Source of the DNA: Macrostomum lignano
Lineage: Eukaryota
NCBI GenBank assembly: GCA_002269645.1
Contig: NIVC01000891.1
Span: forward strand, 124,001-188,000
Length of the DNA: 64,000 bases
Direction of reading: 5' to 3'
A program made the position numbers and the translations under genes. The notes beneath the pieces were generated by a model. The model made no database searches. It saw nothing but the letters and a program-made list of their open reading frames with translations, and was not told the origin of the DNA. Below, in pieces: positions 36,874-47,919 of the stretch (position 1 is the first letter of the stretch; the number at the start of each line of letters is the position of its first letter).

Positions 36874-37419
36874 TCACAGCTGCAGCCGAACAGGTTCGTG
36901 CCCTGTGTCCGATAAAAACCCGACAAAGTCGGGCACAGACAGGGACAAAGTGGCGGCATTGCAGCCCACCGGGTGGCAGTTCAGCTGCTCAGTTTCTGCC
37001 GGCTCCAGCAGCGCGGAGTCACACAGGAAGGTCACCAACTTAGCCGCATCGTTAGCCAAATCCAGCGGAGTCACGCAGCCCTGCCTGACACCCAGCGTGT
37101 CTAACAGGGTCGGCTCCTCAGCCAGGCGGAAACTGCCAGCCGCGAGGCCAGCAGGTAGCCGCTTGTGCAGGTCCGACAGGCGGATTTGAGCGTCGTGACG
37201 AGCCGACAGCAGAAACAGCCGGCGCTTCTTGTCCTTGAGAAACAGATTCTTCAGGGTGCAGCCCGGCAGTTTGGCCACCGCCGGCTGCTGCAGCATCGCG
37301 TCCACGGTGAACACCTCATCGTGAGCCACTATGGAGTGGGAGATGCCCAGCTGAGTCAGGTAGGCCGAGGTCTCCGAGCTGTGGCGGGCGATTGCGGCAG
37401 AGTCTGGTTGAAGCTGCAT
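36874..37419 (-). CDS. PRORSD1: Prolyl-tRNA synthetase-associated editing-domain protein (ProXp-ala/YbaK superfamily), intronless, 181 aa
   Basis: HDEVFTV, KNLFLKDKK, LGVRQGCVTP and LNCHP...NAATL motifs of the ProXp-ala/PrdX family. Confidence 0.88.
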   Translation of the reverse strand: MQLQPDSAAIARHSSETSAYLTQLGISHSIVAHDEVFTVDAMLQQPAVAKLPGCTLKNLFLKDKKRRLFLLSARHDAQIRLSDLHKRLPAGLAAGSFRLAEEPTLLDTLGVRQGCVTPLDLANDAAKLVTFLCDSALLEPAETEQLNCHPVGCNAATLSLSVPDFVGFLSDTGHEPVRLQL

Positions 37420-37427
37420 ACTTCTCG

Positions 37428-37575
37428 GAGTTAAGGGGTTCTACAGGTGAGTTAAGGGGTTCTACAGGTGAGTTAAGGGGTTCTACAGGTGAGTTAAGGG
37501 GTTCTACAGATAAGGTGAGTTAAGGGGTTCTACAGATACGGTGAGTTAAGGGGTGATTCTTGAGATGAGTTAGGG
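37428..37575. repeat. 21-bp minisatellite (GAGTTAAGGGGTTCTACAGGT) starting a few bp upstream of the PRORSD1 ATG
   Basis: Tandem units seen directly. Confidence 0.85.
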
Positions 37576-38344
37576 GCGGTTCATGAGGAGGTTTAGGAAC
37601 AGATATTTAAAAGCGATACTTCTAAGGACTTCGATGTCATAGCACAACTTAGTAAAACCAGACCTGTTATTCAACTTGAATGTCTTGGCCTCCGTTGCCG
37701 GGACAGGAGCAGCTTGCTCTTCACTTTCAGTAGCCTGAAGGTAAGAAGCATTGCATGCATGTAGCAGGGCTCTGCTTTCTATACAATTAAAGAGGCAGGA
37801 GTTCAGAAGCCAAACACGAGAAAGCTTTTATTCAGCCGTCAGTTTCCGCAGGCACTATATTTTATATTTGCATGAGAGTCCTAAACAGCTCTGACGCACC
37901 CTTCCTGCTCAGACCGGCCAAGTCTTTCCTGATCATCTTAATCGCATATAATTTCTCTCCTAAAAATTAGCGAGATTTTTTAGCTTTCAGCACTAAATTT
38001 ACAGTTACACCATCGTCTTTGCTGCCCCAAGTAGTGCAGTAAGCAACTGAAAACAAAGTTTAAAAGACACAGAAAAAATGTATGATTTTTGAAAAAAAAC
38101 AATCGACGTATATTTATTTTATACTGGAAACTAGGAAGAAGCACAAATTGCACAAATTAAAATGCGATATAATTATAAATCTTAAATAGGATTAACATTA
38201 TGCACCCAGCGGTAAGCCGGTTTTAAAATACAGATTCAAGGGAGAAAATGCAGTGCAGAGCCCTACGAAAATAGCGCCGATATGTTGTGAAAAATGGTTT
38301 GGGTAAATAAATACGGGATTGAATAAAATACTCTATTTGATGCA

Positions 38345-38830
38345 ATCTAGTCTTCGGATTAGGGAATAGAATGGATTGCTAATCTAGCCTACAGATTAGG
38401 GAATAGAATGGATTGCTAATCTAGCCTACAGATTAGGGAAAAGAATGGATTGCTAATCTAGCCTACAGATTAGGGAATAGAATGGATTGCTAATCTAGCC
38501 TACAGATTAGGGAATAGAATGGATTGCTAATCTAGCCTACAGATTAGGGAATAGAATGGATTGCTAATCTAGTCTACAGATTAGGGAATAGAATGGATTG
38601 CTAATCTAGTCTACAGATTAGGTAATAGAATGGATTGCTAATCTAGCCTACAGATTAGGGAATAGAATGGATTGCTAATCTAGTCTACAGATTAGGTAAT
38701 AGAATGGATTGCTAATCTAGTCTACAGATTAGGTAATAGAATGGATTGCTAATCTAGTCTACAGATTAGGTAATAGAATGGATTGCTAATCTAGTCTACA
38801 GATTAGGGAATAGAATGGATTGCTAATCTA
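38345..38830. repeat. 37-bp minisatellite, about 13 copies; each unit contains a CTAATCT-N7-AGATTAG hairpin
   Basis: The unit GATTGCTAATCTAGCCTACAGATTAGGGAATAGAATG is seen directly. Confidence 0.95.
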
Positions 38831-38903
38831 GCCAAACTCACCTCAATCTAGCCTACAGAAGCAGCATGCGGCATTTGATTTATTTGCTATTAAAAATCAA
38901 TTA

Positions 38904-41577
38904 TCAAAGCTCAAAGCCCCGGTCAGCAGCCAGCAGTGCAGCGGCCTGAGCCATGGAGTCCAACGCCAGCAGCCGCCGAGCCACGTCCAGCAGGGCCTGC
39001 GCCAGCGCCATGCGGGGCAGTTGGGCGCCGTCCGTCGCGCTTAACTGGCGCAGCAGAGTCGCCAGCGCCGTCAGCGCCTCCCGGTCGCGCGCCAGCTGCT
39101 CAGCCGAGATCGCTGTTGCCGCCGACTTTGTCGAATCGTCGGCAGTTGCAGACGCGGCCCAGATGGACACCAGGGTGGCAACGGCGGCGGCCAGGCAGTT
39201 GGTGCTGGCAACAGCAGAAGCAACAGACTGCTGCTTCTGTCTGCGAGCAATCCGAACCGAGCACCGACCCCAGGCGAAGCTGTTGCTAAGGAGAGAGGAT
39301 CGCTGCTGCGGCAGTTCGAATCCCACCGAAGAGCTGAGGTGGCCGCCGCCGCAGCCGAGCAGGGAGTCGCCGCCAGCGGACAGCGGGAACTGCGGACAGG
39401 CCAGCAGAGACAGGGGTGTCCACGGCCGCCTGTCCACCGGCGCTGTGGAGACGGCAAAGTCCGTGAGCTGGGATGAAATTTTTTAATTGAAGGTAAATTA
39501 GACTTGGCACACGTAGTACTAGTTAGATGACGACGCATTCAGGCTTAATAATACGTTAATTTGTCCAAGAGTTGTGTTGGGTGCTTAACCTAAACTTTTC
39601 TACTAACTCAAGTAAACTAAATATAGAGTTGTTACAAATGCAAAATGCAATTCTATTAATTTATGAAGTGATGCAGATGCGCTTTAGACGCAACTCAGCG
39701 ATTCCACAGCGACTCTGGCACGTGTCGGATACGACTCTGCGGCCCCAGAGTCACTTGCGTCGCAGACATCGCAGACTTTTACCGCGACATCTTGTCGTTT
39801 AAGAGTCGTCTGGAGCCGTCTTTCCTATTTTGGGGCGACGCAAGTGACTCCGAGGCGCTTCTTGGCCTTGACCGGGAAAACCCACGCCGCCGCCGCTCAC
39901 CCAGAATGATCTCGTAGCCAGGACGGCAGCTCCCAGAGTCGAAGGCGCGGCCCCGGGCCAGGCGGCCAAGCCGAGAGACAGCCGGGCGATCAGAACCGGC
40001 TGAAGGAACTGCTCGCCACCCGAGCAGGTGGGGGAGTTGGAAGCCGCCGGAAGCGGCAGGTGAAGCTCGCCATCAGTCAGCGGGAACTCGATGTGCTGTC
40101 GCAGCCGGCCGGCCGCCGGCCACCGCAGCTCAAGGACGCAGCGCCAGCTGCTGGCCGGGCCGGGCAGCCAGCGGCAGACCGCCTGCGCATTCGCAGCTGC
40201 AGAGTTGACAGCCACGCTTAAATAGCAAAGCCGGCCGGAATGCCGAATCTCCATAGCAACGGAGATGCCGCAGCTTTTGGCCGGCTTAATGGAGGCGCGC
40301 AGCCGCAGCAGGTGGGCCAGCTGGGCCAGCCGGCGGGTCACGGTCCGGTCAGCGGCGGCCAGAGCGGCCAGACGGTCCAGGCCGCCGTTAAGCCGCTCAG
40401 TCAGCCGAAGCAGGCAGGCCTCGCCGTCGCCATCATCGACATCCTGAATTCTTACATCTTGCTGGGCGTCGGCTCGGCACAGCCAGTCCAGCAGGCGGCC
40501 CAGCGGGTAGCAGCACTGGCTGAAGTCGGCGAACTGCACAAGCAGCTCGGCCGGGTTGTCCGTGGCCGCGGCGATGCTCCGACAGTCGGCGAGCCCGGGA
40601 TCCACGCCAGCGCTGACGCCGCCGCTGCCGTCGTCGAGAGCAGCGGCGGAAACGAGCCGCAGTCGGCCATCGGTCAGCAGGCAGGTCAGCACAGCGCAGC
40701 GACCTTGGCGCACCAGCACGCAGTCGGCGACTTGAACCCCGGCGCCGACGCCGGCACCAAGGAGGCTGCCGCGGTTCACCAGACGCAGATTGACGCCCGA
40801 GTGCGCGAAGGTCATCAGCAACAGGCGAGCGTCGGCAAAGATCAAAGCGACCCGATCTGAGCGGCCAAGTCGCCAGCCGAGGACTCGAAGCAGACAGGAG
40901 CCGCCGAGTCTGAAAGCAGACTCTGCAGCAGCGGAAGGTTCAAAGTCGGCCGCTGTGCCACTAGCGGCAAAGTCAGTCGGGGAGGCGACTTCCAGGCAGG
41001 CGGATTTCCCGGGCGAGAAGCAGAACAGCTCGCCACCATCGACTGAGCAAAGAACGGCAAAGGCTGCTGATTCAGCATCCCCGTGAGCACCATTTCTTGC
41101 ACATTTACCAGCCAGAAAGCGGGCCAGGTTCTCGGGCAAGAGCTCCAGCACGGCTGGAGAGCCGCGCTGATCATCGACATCTGCAGCCTCCAGCGCCGAG
41201 ACCGAGGATGCCAGGATGCAGACGGATACCGGCCGCCGGTTCTCCTGGTTGCCATGGAAACAGCGACGCTGCAAACTGGCGGCGGCATCCTTGGCGCCCA
41301 GCTCAACCAGCTGCACAATCAGACCGAACAGATTTGGTGAGGCGGCGCTGGAGTCATTCTCAGCCAGCACCTGCAGCAGGAACTGGCGCCTCCGCTGAAC
41401 ACCTTCAGCCTCTGCTGCACAGCTGATGCGAATCTCCTGCAGCGGCTGCTGTGAAGGACAGGCGGGCTGCGGATGGCGGTCGGGGCTGTGATGAGACCTG
41501 GCGATATCGCAACTGCTGTCGCCTTCCAGGTAAGTGTTGGGCAGCTCTGCAAACAGGTCGTCATCGTCCGAGTCCAT
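38904..41577 (-). CDS. Ala-rich 746-aa protein, probably FAAP100-like (Fanconi anaemia core complex): complement(join(38904..39467,39901..41577))
   Basis: A long GC-rich ORF with a GTGAGC donor at 39900 and an in-phase CCCAG acceptor at 39468. The segments LPENLARFLAG..AVLCSVDGGELFC, a central helical region, LPGPASSWRCVLEL and LSLLACPQFP recall FAAP100. The similarity is from memory and weak. Confidence 0.55.
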
Positions 41578-42074
41578 CGCTGGAGCAATAATATTAATTT
41601 TACTATATTATTTTTGTAACCAAAAGTGAAAGATTTCATGCTACCGAGGGTCGAACCCTTGATCAAAATACCCTGAAATTTCCCTAAATATTGAGTCTAA
41701 AATACTCGAACAGAAAATTTCGTAAATAACCAGAGACCTTTACAAATCCTGCTATCATTGGAAAGCTTGTATTAAGGAGCGGGGATCGTGCTGTGAAACT
41801 AACTTGCGGTTAAAAAACATTTGTTATGTATTTGCGCTGAATGTAATATTACAAATTCCTTAAGGCCTTTTCACACTGCTCTAATATGTTCATAGGTTTC
41901 ATGCGCATTGTGAGAAACATCGTGTACAATTGTGACTTTTGTGCAACTTTGCGTTGCTTAAATCCCATCTAGTGTGCAGGGTGACCACAGTGCAGAGTAT
42001 TGAAGGAGGTCTTTAGGCTTTAGACAATGACTTAGATTGTCATAAAAAACTAAAGGCCTACTGCTTTTATTTTG

Positions 42075-42497
42075 CAATTGTATGAATATTCACTCATTTC
42101 AGTTGCCAATCAAACCAATTGTATGTATATTCACTCATTTCAGTTGCCAATCAAACCAATTGTATGTATATTCACTCATTTCAGTTGCCAATCAAACCAA
42201 TTGTATGTATATTCACTCATTTCAGTTGCCAATCAAACCAATTGTATGTATATTCACTCATTTCTGTTGCCAATCAAACCAATTGTATGTATATTCACTC
42301 ATTTCAGTTGCCAATCAAACCAATTGTATGTATATTCACTCATTTCAGTTGCCAATCAAACCAATTGTATGTATATTCACTCATTTCAGTTGCCAATCAA
42401 ACCAATTGTATGTATATTCACTCATTTCAGTTGCCAATCAAACCAATTGTATGTATATTCACTCATTTCAGTTGCCAATCAAACCAATTGTATGTAT
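42075..42497. repeat. 41-bp satellite, about 10 copies, fused to the gag remnant
   Basis: Unit TGTATGTATATTCACTCATTTCAGTTGCCAATCAAACCAAT; the ORF periodicity of 41 aa equals 3 units. Confidence 0.95.
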
Positions 42498-42899
42498 TGA
42501 AGCTGCTTGGCACATGTCTCACAAGAACGGAGTTAGAGTGATGAAAGATGAAGAAGGAGAGAAGGAGAGTCTGACAGAAATTGTCAAGAAGCAGAAAGAG
42601 GAGCTGGAAAAGCAGCGAAAACTCATTCAGGAGCTACAGGCGGAGAGCCGCAAAGAGAAGGTGCAGGTGTATCAGCCAATGGCTACTCAGCCAGTGCATT
42701 ATCAGCCTGCTATAGTACAGCCTCAGCCTGTACGAATGGCTCCTCAGCCCCAGCCTGTGCGATATCAGCCCAGGGCGTATCAGCCACAGCCACCCCGCTA
42801 ATGAACCAGCGCCCCAGGTTCCAAGCGCAGTCTCAGCCACCATCGGCTAGACCCAACCAGCACCGATTTCCGCCAAGAAACCCGAATCAGGGAAACTGA
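42498..42899 (+). pseudogene. Gag C-terminal remnant (coiled coil plus P/Q-rich tail ending NQGN*)
   Basis: EIVKKQKEELEKQRKLIQELQ then QPQP repeats; a 1-nt frameshift near 42790; TGA at 42897..42899. Confidence 0.65.
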
Positions 42900-45800
42900 A
42901 TGGCGAGGGTCGGAAGTCGAGGCCACGTCCCTCAAGCAGAGCCCCAAGCGAAATGCAGGCCTCCCAAAATCCCCGCCAACCCGCTTGTGATACAGCAAAC
43001 GGAGGATGGCAACTTGTAAAAAGGCGCAAGCGAAATGCTTATGCACCCAATGCGAAAATGCACCCTGTATCTATGCGAAATGCACCAACTGCGTCTACTA
43101 TGCCTGCATCATCTATGTCTACAGTATCAGCACCCGCTGCTGCAGCACCCGCATCTGCTGCCGCAGCATCCCAATTGCTTACTTCGCCCAATGTGTCAAC
43201 CGCCGAGACCTCAGTCATCACGCCGATGACAGTCAAGCCCAAGAAGTCGCGTCGAAACCGCCGCCGCAAATCCAAGAAGACTCCAGCCAATGCCAAACTC
43301 GAGCTAATCAGCCCCAAGAGCTACGAAGCAATCGTAGTAGGCAACATCAATCGCCAAGAGATTGACTTCCTGCTAGATACTGGAGCTAGCAATAATTTCC
43401 TGAGTAAGTCAGTCTGGTCTAAAATTTTCAAGCCTGAGCAAATTAAAGGTACAAGTAGAAGAGTATCTACTTTTGACGGAGCTACAGTTCAGCTAGAAGG
43501 AGAAATTTCCGTTGCTGTTGAGTTCGGAGATATTCGAATTGAAATAACGTTCCTATTATGTGGCCACGAATGTGACAACATTTTGGGAATGGAATTCTTT
43601 CTTGAGCAGTGCGAAAGCATTCATCTGACAAAAGGGATGCTGATCCTGAAAGAAGGAGCCTGCATACCTATGCAGTACACGCACATGCCTGTACGAGTCT
43701 GCAGAGTGTACACTCAAGAAAAGGCAATTATCCCTGCGAATAGCGCACTGCGCATTCCAGTTAGACTGGCGAAGAATGCCGAAGCTAACTATGGCGCTCC
43801 AATGACCATAGAAACAATTGGTGATGGCGTAAGAGCCAAAGAGCTAACGATCGAAATGATCCCGACTCTGGTCACCATGCAGCAGGGCGCCGCAGTCGTC
43901 GAAATTGTGAATCGACACCCCGTCGAAGTCAAGTTGCCCAAATCTGCATTGGTAGGGCTCGCTAAGCCCATGAAGGCCAAAGATTTGATCTATTGGTCAG
44001 TGCCGACATCAGATCAGCAATCAGCAGCCGAAGTACAAGACTCAGCCCGTGTCAATCAAGTTCAAGCCACTGAAGAAGAGTGGGTGAGTGAAATTAGCAT
44101 TGGTCCTGAATTGACTACTGAACAGAGAGCAGCAGTAGTAGCATTAGTAAAAGAACACCGAGAAGCTTTCTCGCAAAATGATCTCGATATGGGGCTAACT
44201 CATTTAGTGACCCACGAAATTTCTCTGAAAGACGAGACCCCTGTGAGAATCCCTACCCGCCGAATTCCTCCCCATCTCCAAAAGCAGGTTGACGCCTAGC
44301 TAGACGATATGCTAGCGAAAAATCTCATCCGTCCCTGTTATTCCACCTATTCCACCCCACTAGTTATCGTGCCAAAGAAAGACGGCACCATTCGCATTGT
44401 CAGCGATTTCCGAGTGTTAAACTCGCGAGTGAACTATTTCCCCTACCCCCTCCCAAACATCCAAGAAACCTTTTCTAATCTCACAGGAAGCCAATTCTTC
44501 AGTAGCCTCGATCTTAACTCAGGCTATTGGCAGGTCCCAATTAAGGAAGAACATAAGTTCATGACAGCTTTTTCCACTCTGACTAGAGGGCAGTTTGAGT
44601 ACCAGGTGATGGCGCAGGGATTATCCAATGCCCCTGGTACCTTTCAGAGGCTAATGAACTTAGTACTCGCTGGAATTCAGCACAAGTTTGCTATGTCCTA
44701 TATTGACGATATTGTCACTTATTCAAAACAGTTCGAAGACCATTTGTCCCATTTAAAAGAAGTTTTCCAGAGACTAATCAATGCCGGATTGAAGCTTAGA
44801 GCGAAAAAGTGCAATCTGTTCCATAGAGAGCTGAAGTATTTAGGCCACGTGATAGGTAGAGATGGTATTCGAACTGACGAAGCAAAGATCGAAGCGATCA
44901 AAAGCTGGCCCAAACCGAAAGAGGTGAAAGAGCTACGCAGCTTTCTAGGACTGTGTAATTATTACAGTCGATTCGTGAAAAACTATGCTGAAGCCGCGCA
45001 TCCACTGTTTCAGCTCACCCGAAAGGGAGTGCAAAATTTCTCAGCAAAGTGGACAGATGTGCATGATAAGGCTTTTGAATCATTAAAACAGCGCATGATA
45101 TCAACGGAGGTGCTTGCGTATCCTGAATTCGTAGATGACGAAAATGTCAAAATGGTTCTGGATACCGATGCCAGTGAAGGGCGGATTGGGGCCTGTTTAG
45201 GCCAGATCCAGTCCGATGGTGTCGAAAGGCCTATTGCGTATTTTAGCCGCGCAATGAAAGAGTCGGAAAAGCGCTACCCTATCACTCGAAAAGAGTTGTT
45301 AGCACTAGTAGACGCTATGAGACACTTTCGTTTCTATTTGATCGGAAAAAGATTTCTTGCCCGAACTGACCATAAAGCAATCCTCTGGTTGCTACGGCAG
45401 ACTGAAGCCCAGGGTATCTTAGGACGTTGGATTGAGCGCCTGACTGAGTTCCAATTTGACATTGAACACAGAAGTGGCGCCAAGCATACCAACGCGGACA
45501 GCTTGTCCAGGAGACCCGCTGAGACAGCCGAAACAGGCCAGAATGATAAATCAAACACTGAATTGGTGATTCAAGGCGATAATGCCAACCCAGAATTTCC
45601 CTTCCCCAACAGAGCCAAATTGGCCGAACTGAGTCAGAAGGCAAAGGCAGAGGACAGCTGTACAAGCCAGGCCCAGCCGCCAGTTGAGGACTCAATACCC
45701 GATTGCCCTGCCCCAACCCCCCTCTCGCTGAACCATTTAGCCGCCCAGCCCCCGTGCCATTCAGTCCCCCAGCCCTCTGCCCCTTGTAATTGTGTTCAGG

Positions 45801-47673
45801 ATAACAATTTGGAGCCACTGAGCTTGAGCCTTGCGCAATCGAGCCAAATCCCTGTAATGTCCAGACACGAACAAGAGAGCGAGGTGCGAAGAGTCGATAA
45901 GCTCTTGACTGACTACCTCCCCGTCCCGCTGAAGCGTGACCAAATTGTTAATGCCCAGAGAGAGGACCCCTCGATCCGAACCCTCGTGCAATGGAAATGT
46001 GCGAAAGTTGAAATCCCAGTGCCCCAGAGAATCGACCCCCGCTGTTAAAGCAAATGTGCAAAGCCTATGAGCCTATGAGAATTGAAAACGAATTGTTAAT
46101 CGTGAAAGAGGACGAAAATTGGAAAGTTGTCCTGCCAGAGTCATTAGACAGGCTAGTTCTTGGCGATCTCCACGATAGCCCACTAGCTGGACACTTAGGC
46201 AGAGACAAGACCATCCAGAAAGTCCGCGAGAGATTTTGGAGACCCGGTCTGACCACGGCAGTTGAGAAGTACATCTCTGAATGTATACCCTGCCTGGAAA
46301 GCAAACGAGGACATAAGGTCCAAGCCCCCATCCAGTCCTTCCCTATTAGCGAGCCATTTCACCGCCTCCATATTGACATAATCGGGCCAATATCCAAGCA
46401 AAGTAGAAGAGGGCATCGATATGTGCTCACAGTGGTTGATAGCACCACGCGATACCCCTTTGCCTTCCCAATCCGCAACCAGAAATCAGACACTGTCATT
46501 AAAATCCTGCAGGAGAGAATCTTCAGTGAGTACGGACAGTGCCACTGGATTCATACTGATAATGGTAAAACATTCTCCAGCAGACAGTTCAAGGCTTTCT
46601 GTGAACTCTATAATGTCAAGCAGACATTCACCACCCCCTACCATGCCCAGAGCAACGGCTTGGTAGAGAGGTTCAATAAACAGATAAAGTCTATTATTAC
46701 CTGCCTTATCAAGAAAGACCACAATAACTGGGATCTAATGATTACCGCTGCGTTAGTTGCTGTCCGAACCAGTGTCAATCAGACAACAGGTTTCACACCC
46801 CATTTCCTGTTATTCGGAAGGGAAGCCGTGTTACCTATGGACAATCAGATCAAGGACCCAAAGCACTACGCAGGCTATCCATCCTATGTTGCCGAACATG
46901 CCGAAAGACTAAATGTCGCCCAGAAACTCGTAAAAGAGAAATTGGAGAAGGTGATAAACCAAAGACAGACCGCTGCTGAAACTAGCAAACAGCCAAAACG
47001 AGTACCGTTAGGAAGTTTAGTGCTTATTAATAACCCGCAGCTAGATAACGAGGAGTCGCATAAATTCCATAGACAGCGAAGATCAGCATACCGAGTTTTG
47101 AAGCAAATTTCAGAAGTAGTATTTAAAGTACAGAAGGAGGAAGAAGGAAAGTTAATAGGAAAAGAGTTGTTAGTGCATAGAGATAATTTAGCAGTAGTGC
47201 CAAATTCAGTTAAAGAGATTGCCGCCAGCCAGCCAGATAAAGCTACGAGAGAGCCTAAAGTTAAGGGAAGCCAGCGCGGCACCGCAGAAGCGCAAGCTAA
47301 GGGAAGCCACCCCCGGAGGGAAGAGATAGAAGAAGAAGAATCGGAAGATGAAGACTGCCTGAATTGGCAATGCAATCTCCGAGACAATGATAATTCAGAG
47401 CCAGAAAGTGAAAGCGAGGATGAAGTATCAAGTGAGTCAGATAGTGAGATCTTTGAGGAAGAAGGCAGTGAGGTGGAGGGAGCAGAGCCAATGCAAGAGG
47501 AAGAAAGAGAAGAGCTCGAAACTGAGCAAGAGGCAAATGAGATTACCGAAGAGGCGGCTAGGCCCGAGAAGAGGTACAACACTCGTAGTCAGATCAAGCC
47601 CCCGAACAGATGCTCGTGCTATCTGAAAAGGCTGATTACAGTGTGGCGCCTATTGCCCAATCTGACCTATTGA
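42887..47673 (+). pseudogene. pol: Gypsy pol polyprotein with an in-frame TAG (44297..44299) and a stop/frameshift near 46048
   Basis: Protease FLLDTGAS, RT YIDDIV, RNase H LDTDAS and TDHK, integrase H-x6-H..CxxC, IDIIGP, TDNG and NGLVERFN, followed by an acidic tail. Confidence 0.92.
42890..42896 (+). promoter_or_regulatory. -1 ribosomal frameshift slippery heptamer G GGA AAC
   Basis: It lies immediately before the gag stop, and the -1 frame is the open pol frame. Confidence 0.75.
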
Positions 47674-47724
47674 GAGACGGGAAGCAGAAGGAAGGCGCGC
47701 ACAGGCGCGAAGGCGTGAGGAAGC

Positions 47725-47860
47725 AATCCCATTGGAAGAGAGGAATTGAGTGCGGAGAGCCAATGAGAGCGCGTTATTTGGAAATTTGCTTGTCTAAGCA
47801 AATCGGAGGCCACGATCCCTCTCCCGGGACCCCTCCCTGGAGAGGCCTATATAAGCAAGA
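47725..47860 (+). promoter_or_regulatory. Putative internal Pol II promoter upstream of ORF3
   Basis: CCAAT at 47760..47764 and TATATAAG at 47848..47855, 65 nt before the ATG at 47920. Confidence 0.5.
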
Positions 47861-47919
47861 CCCCTGACGCCCCGGAAGCCCCACAGATTTCCAGAGAGAC
47901 CGAGAATTTCGGAAGAGCA

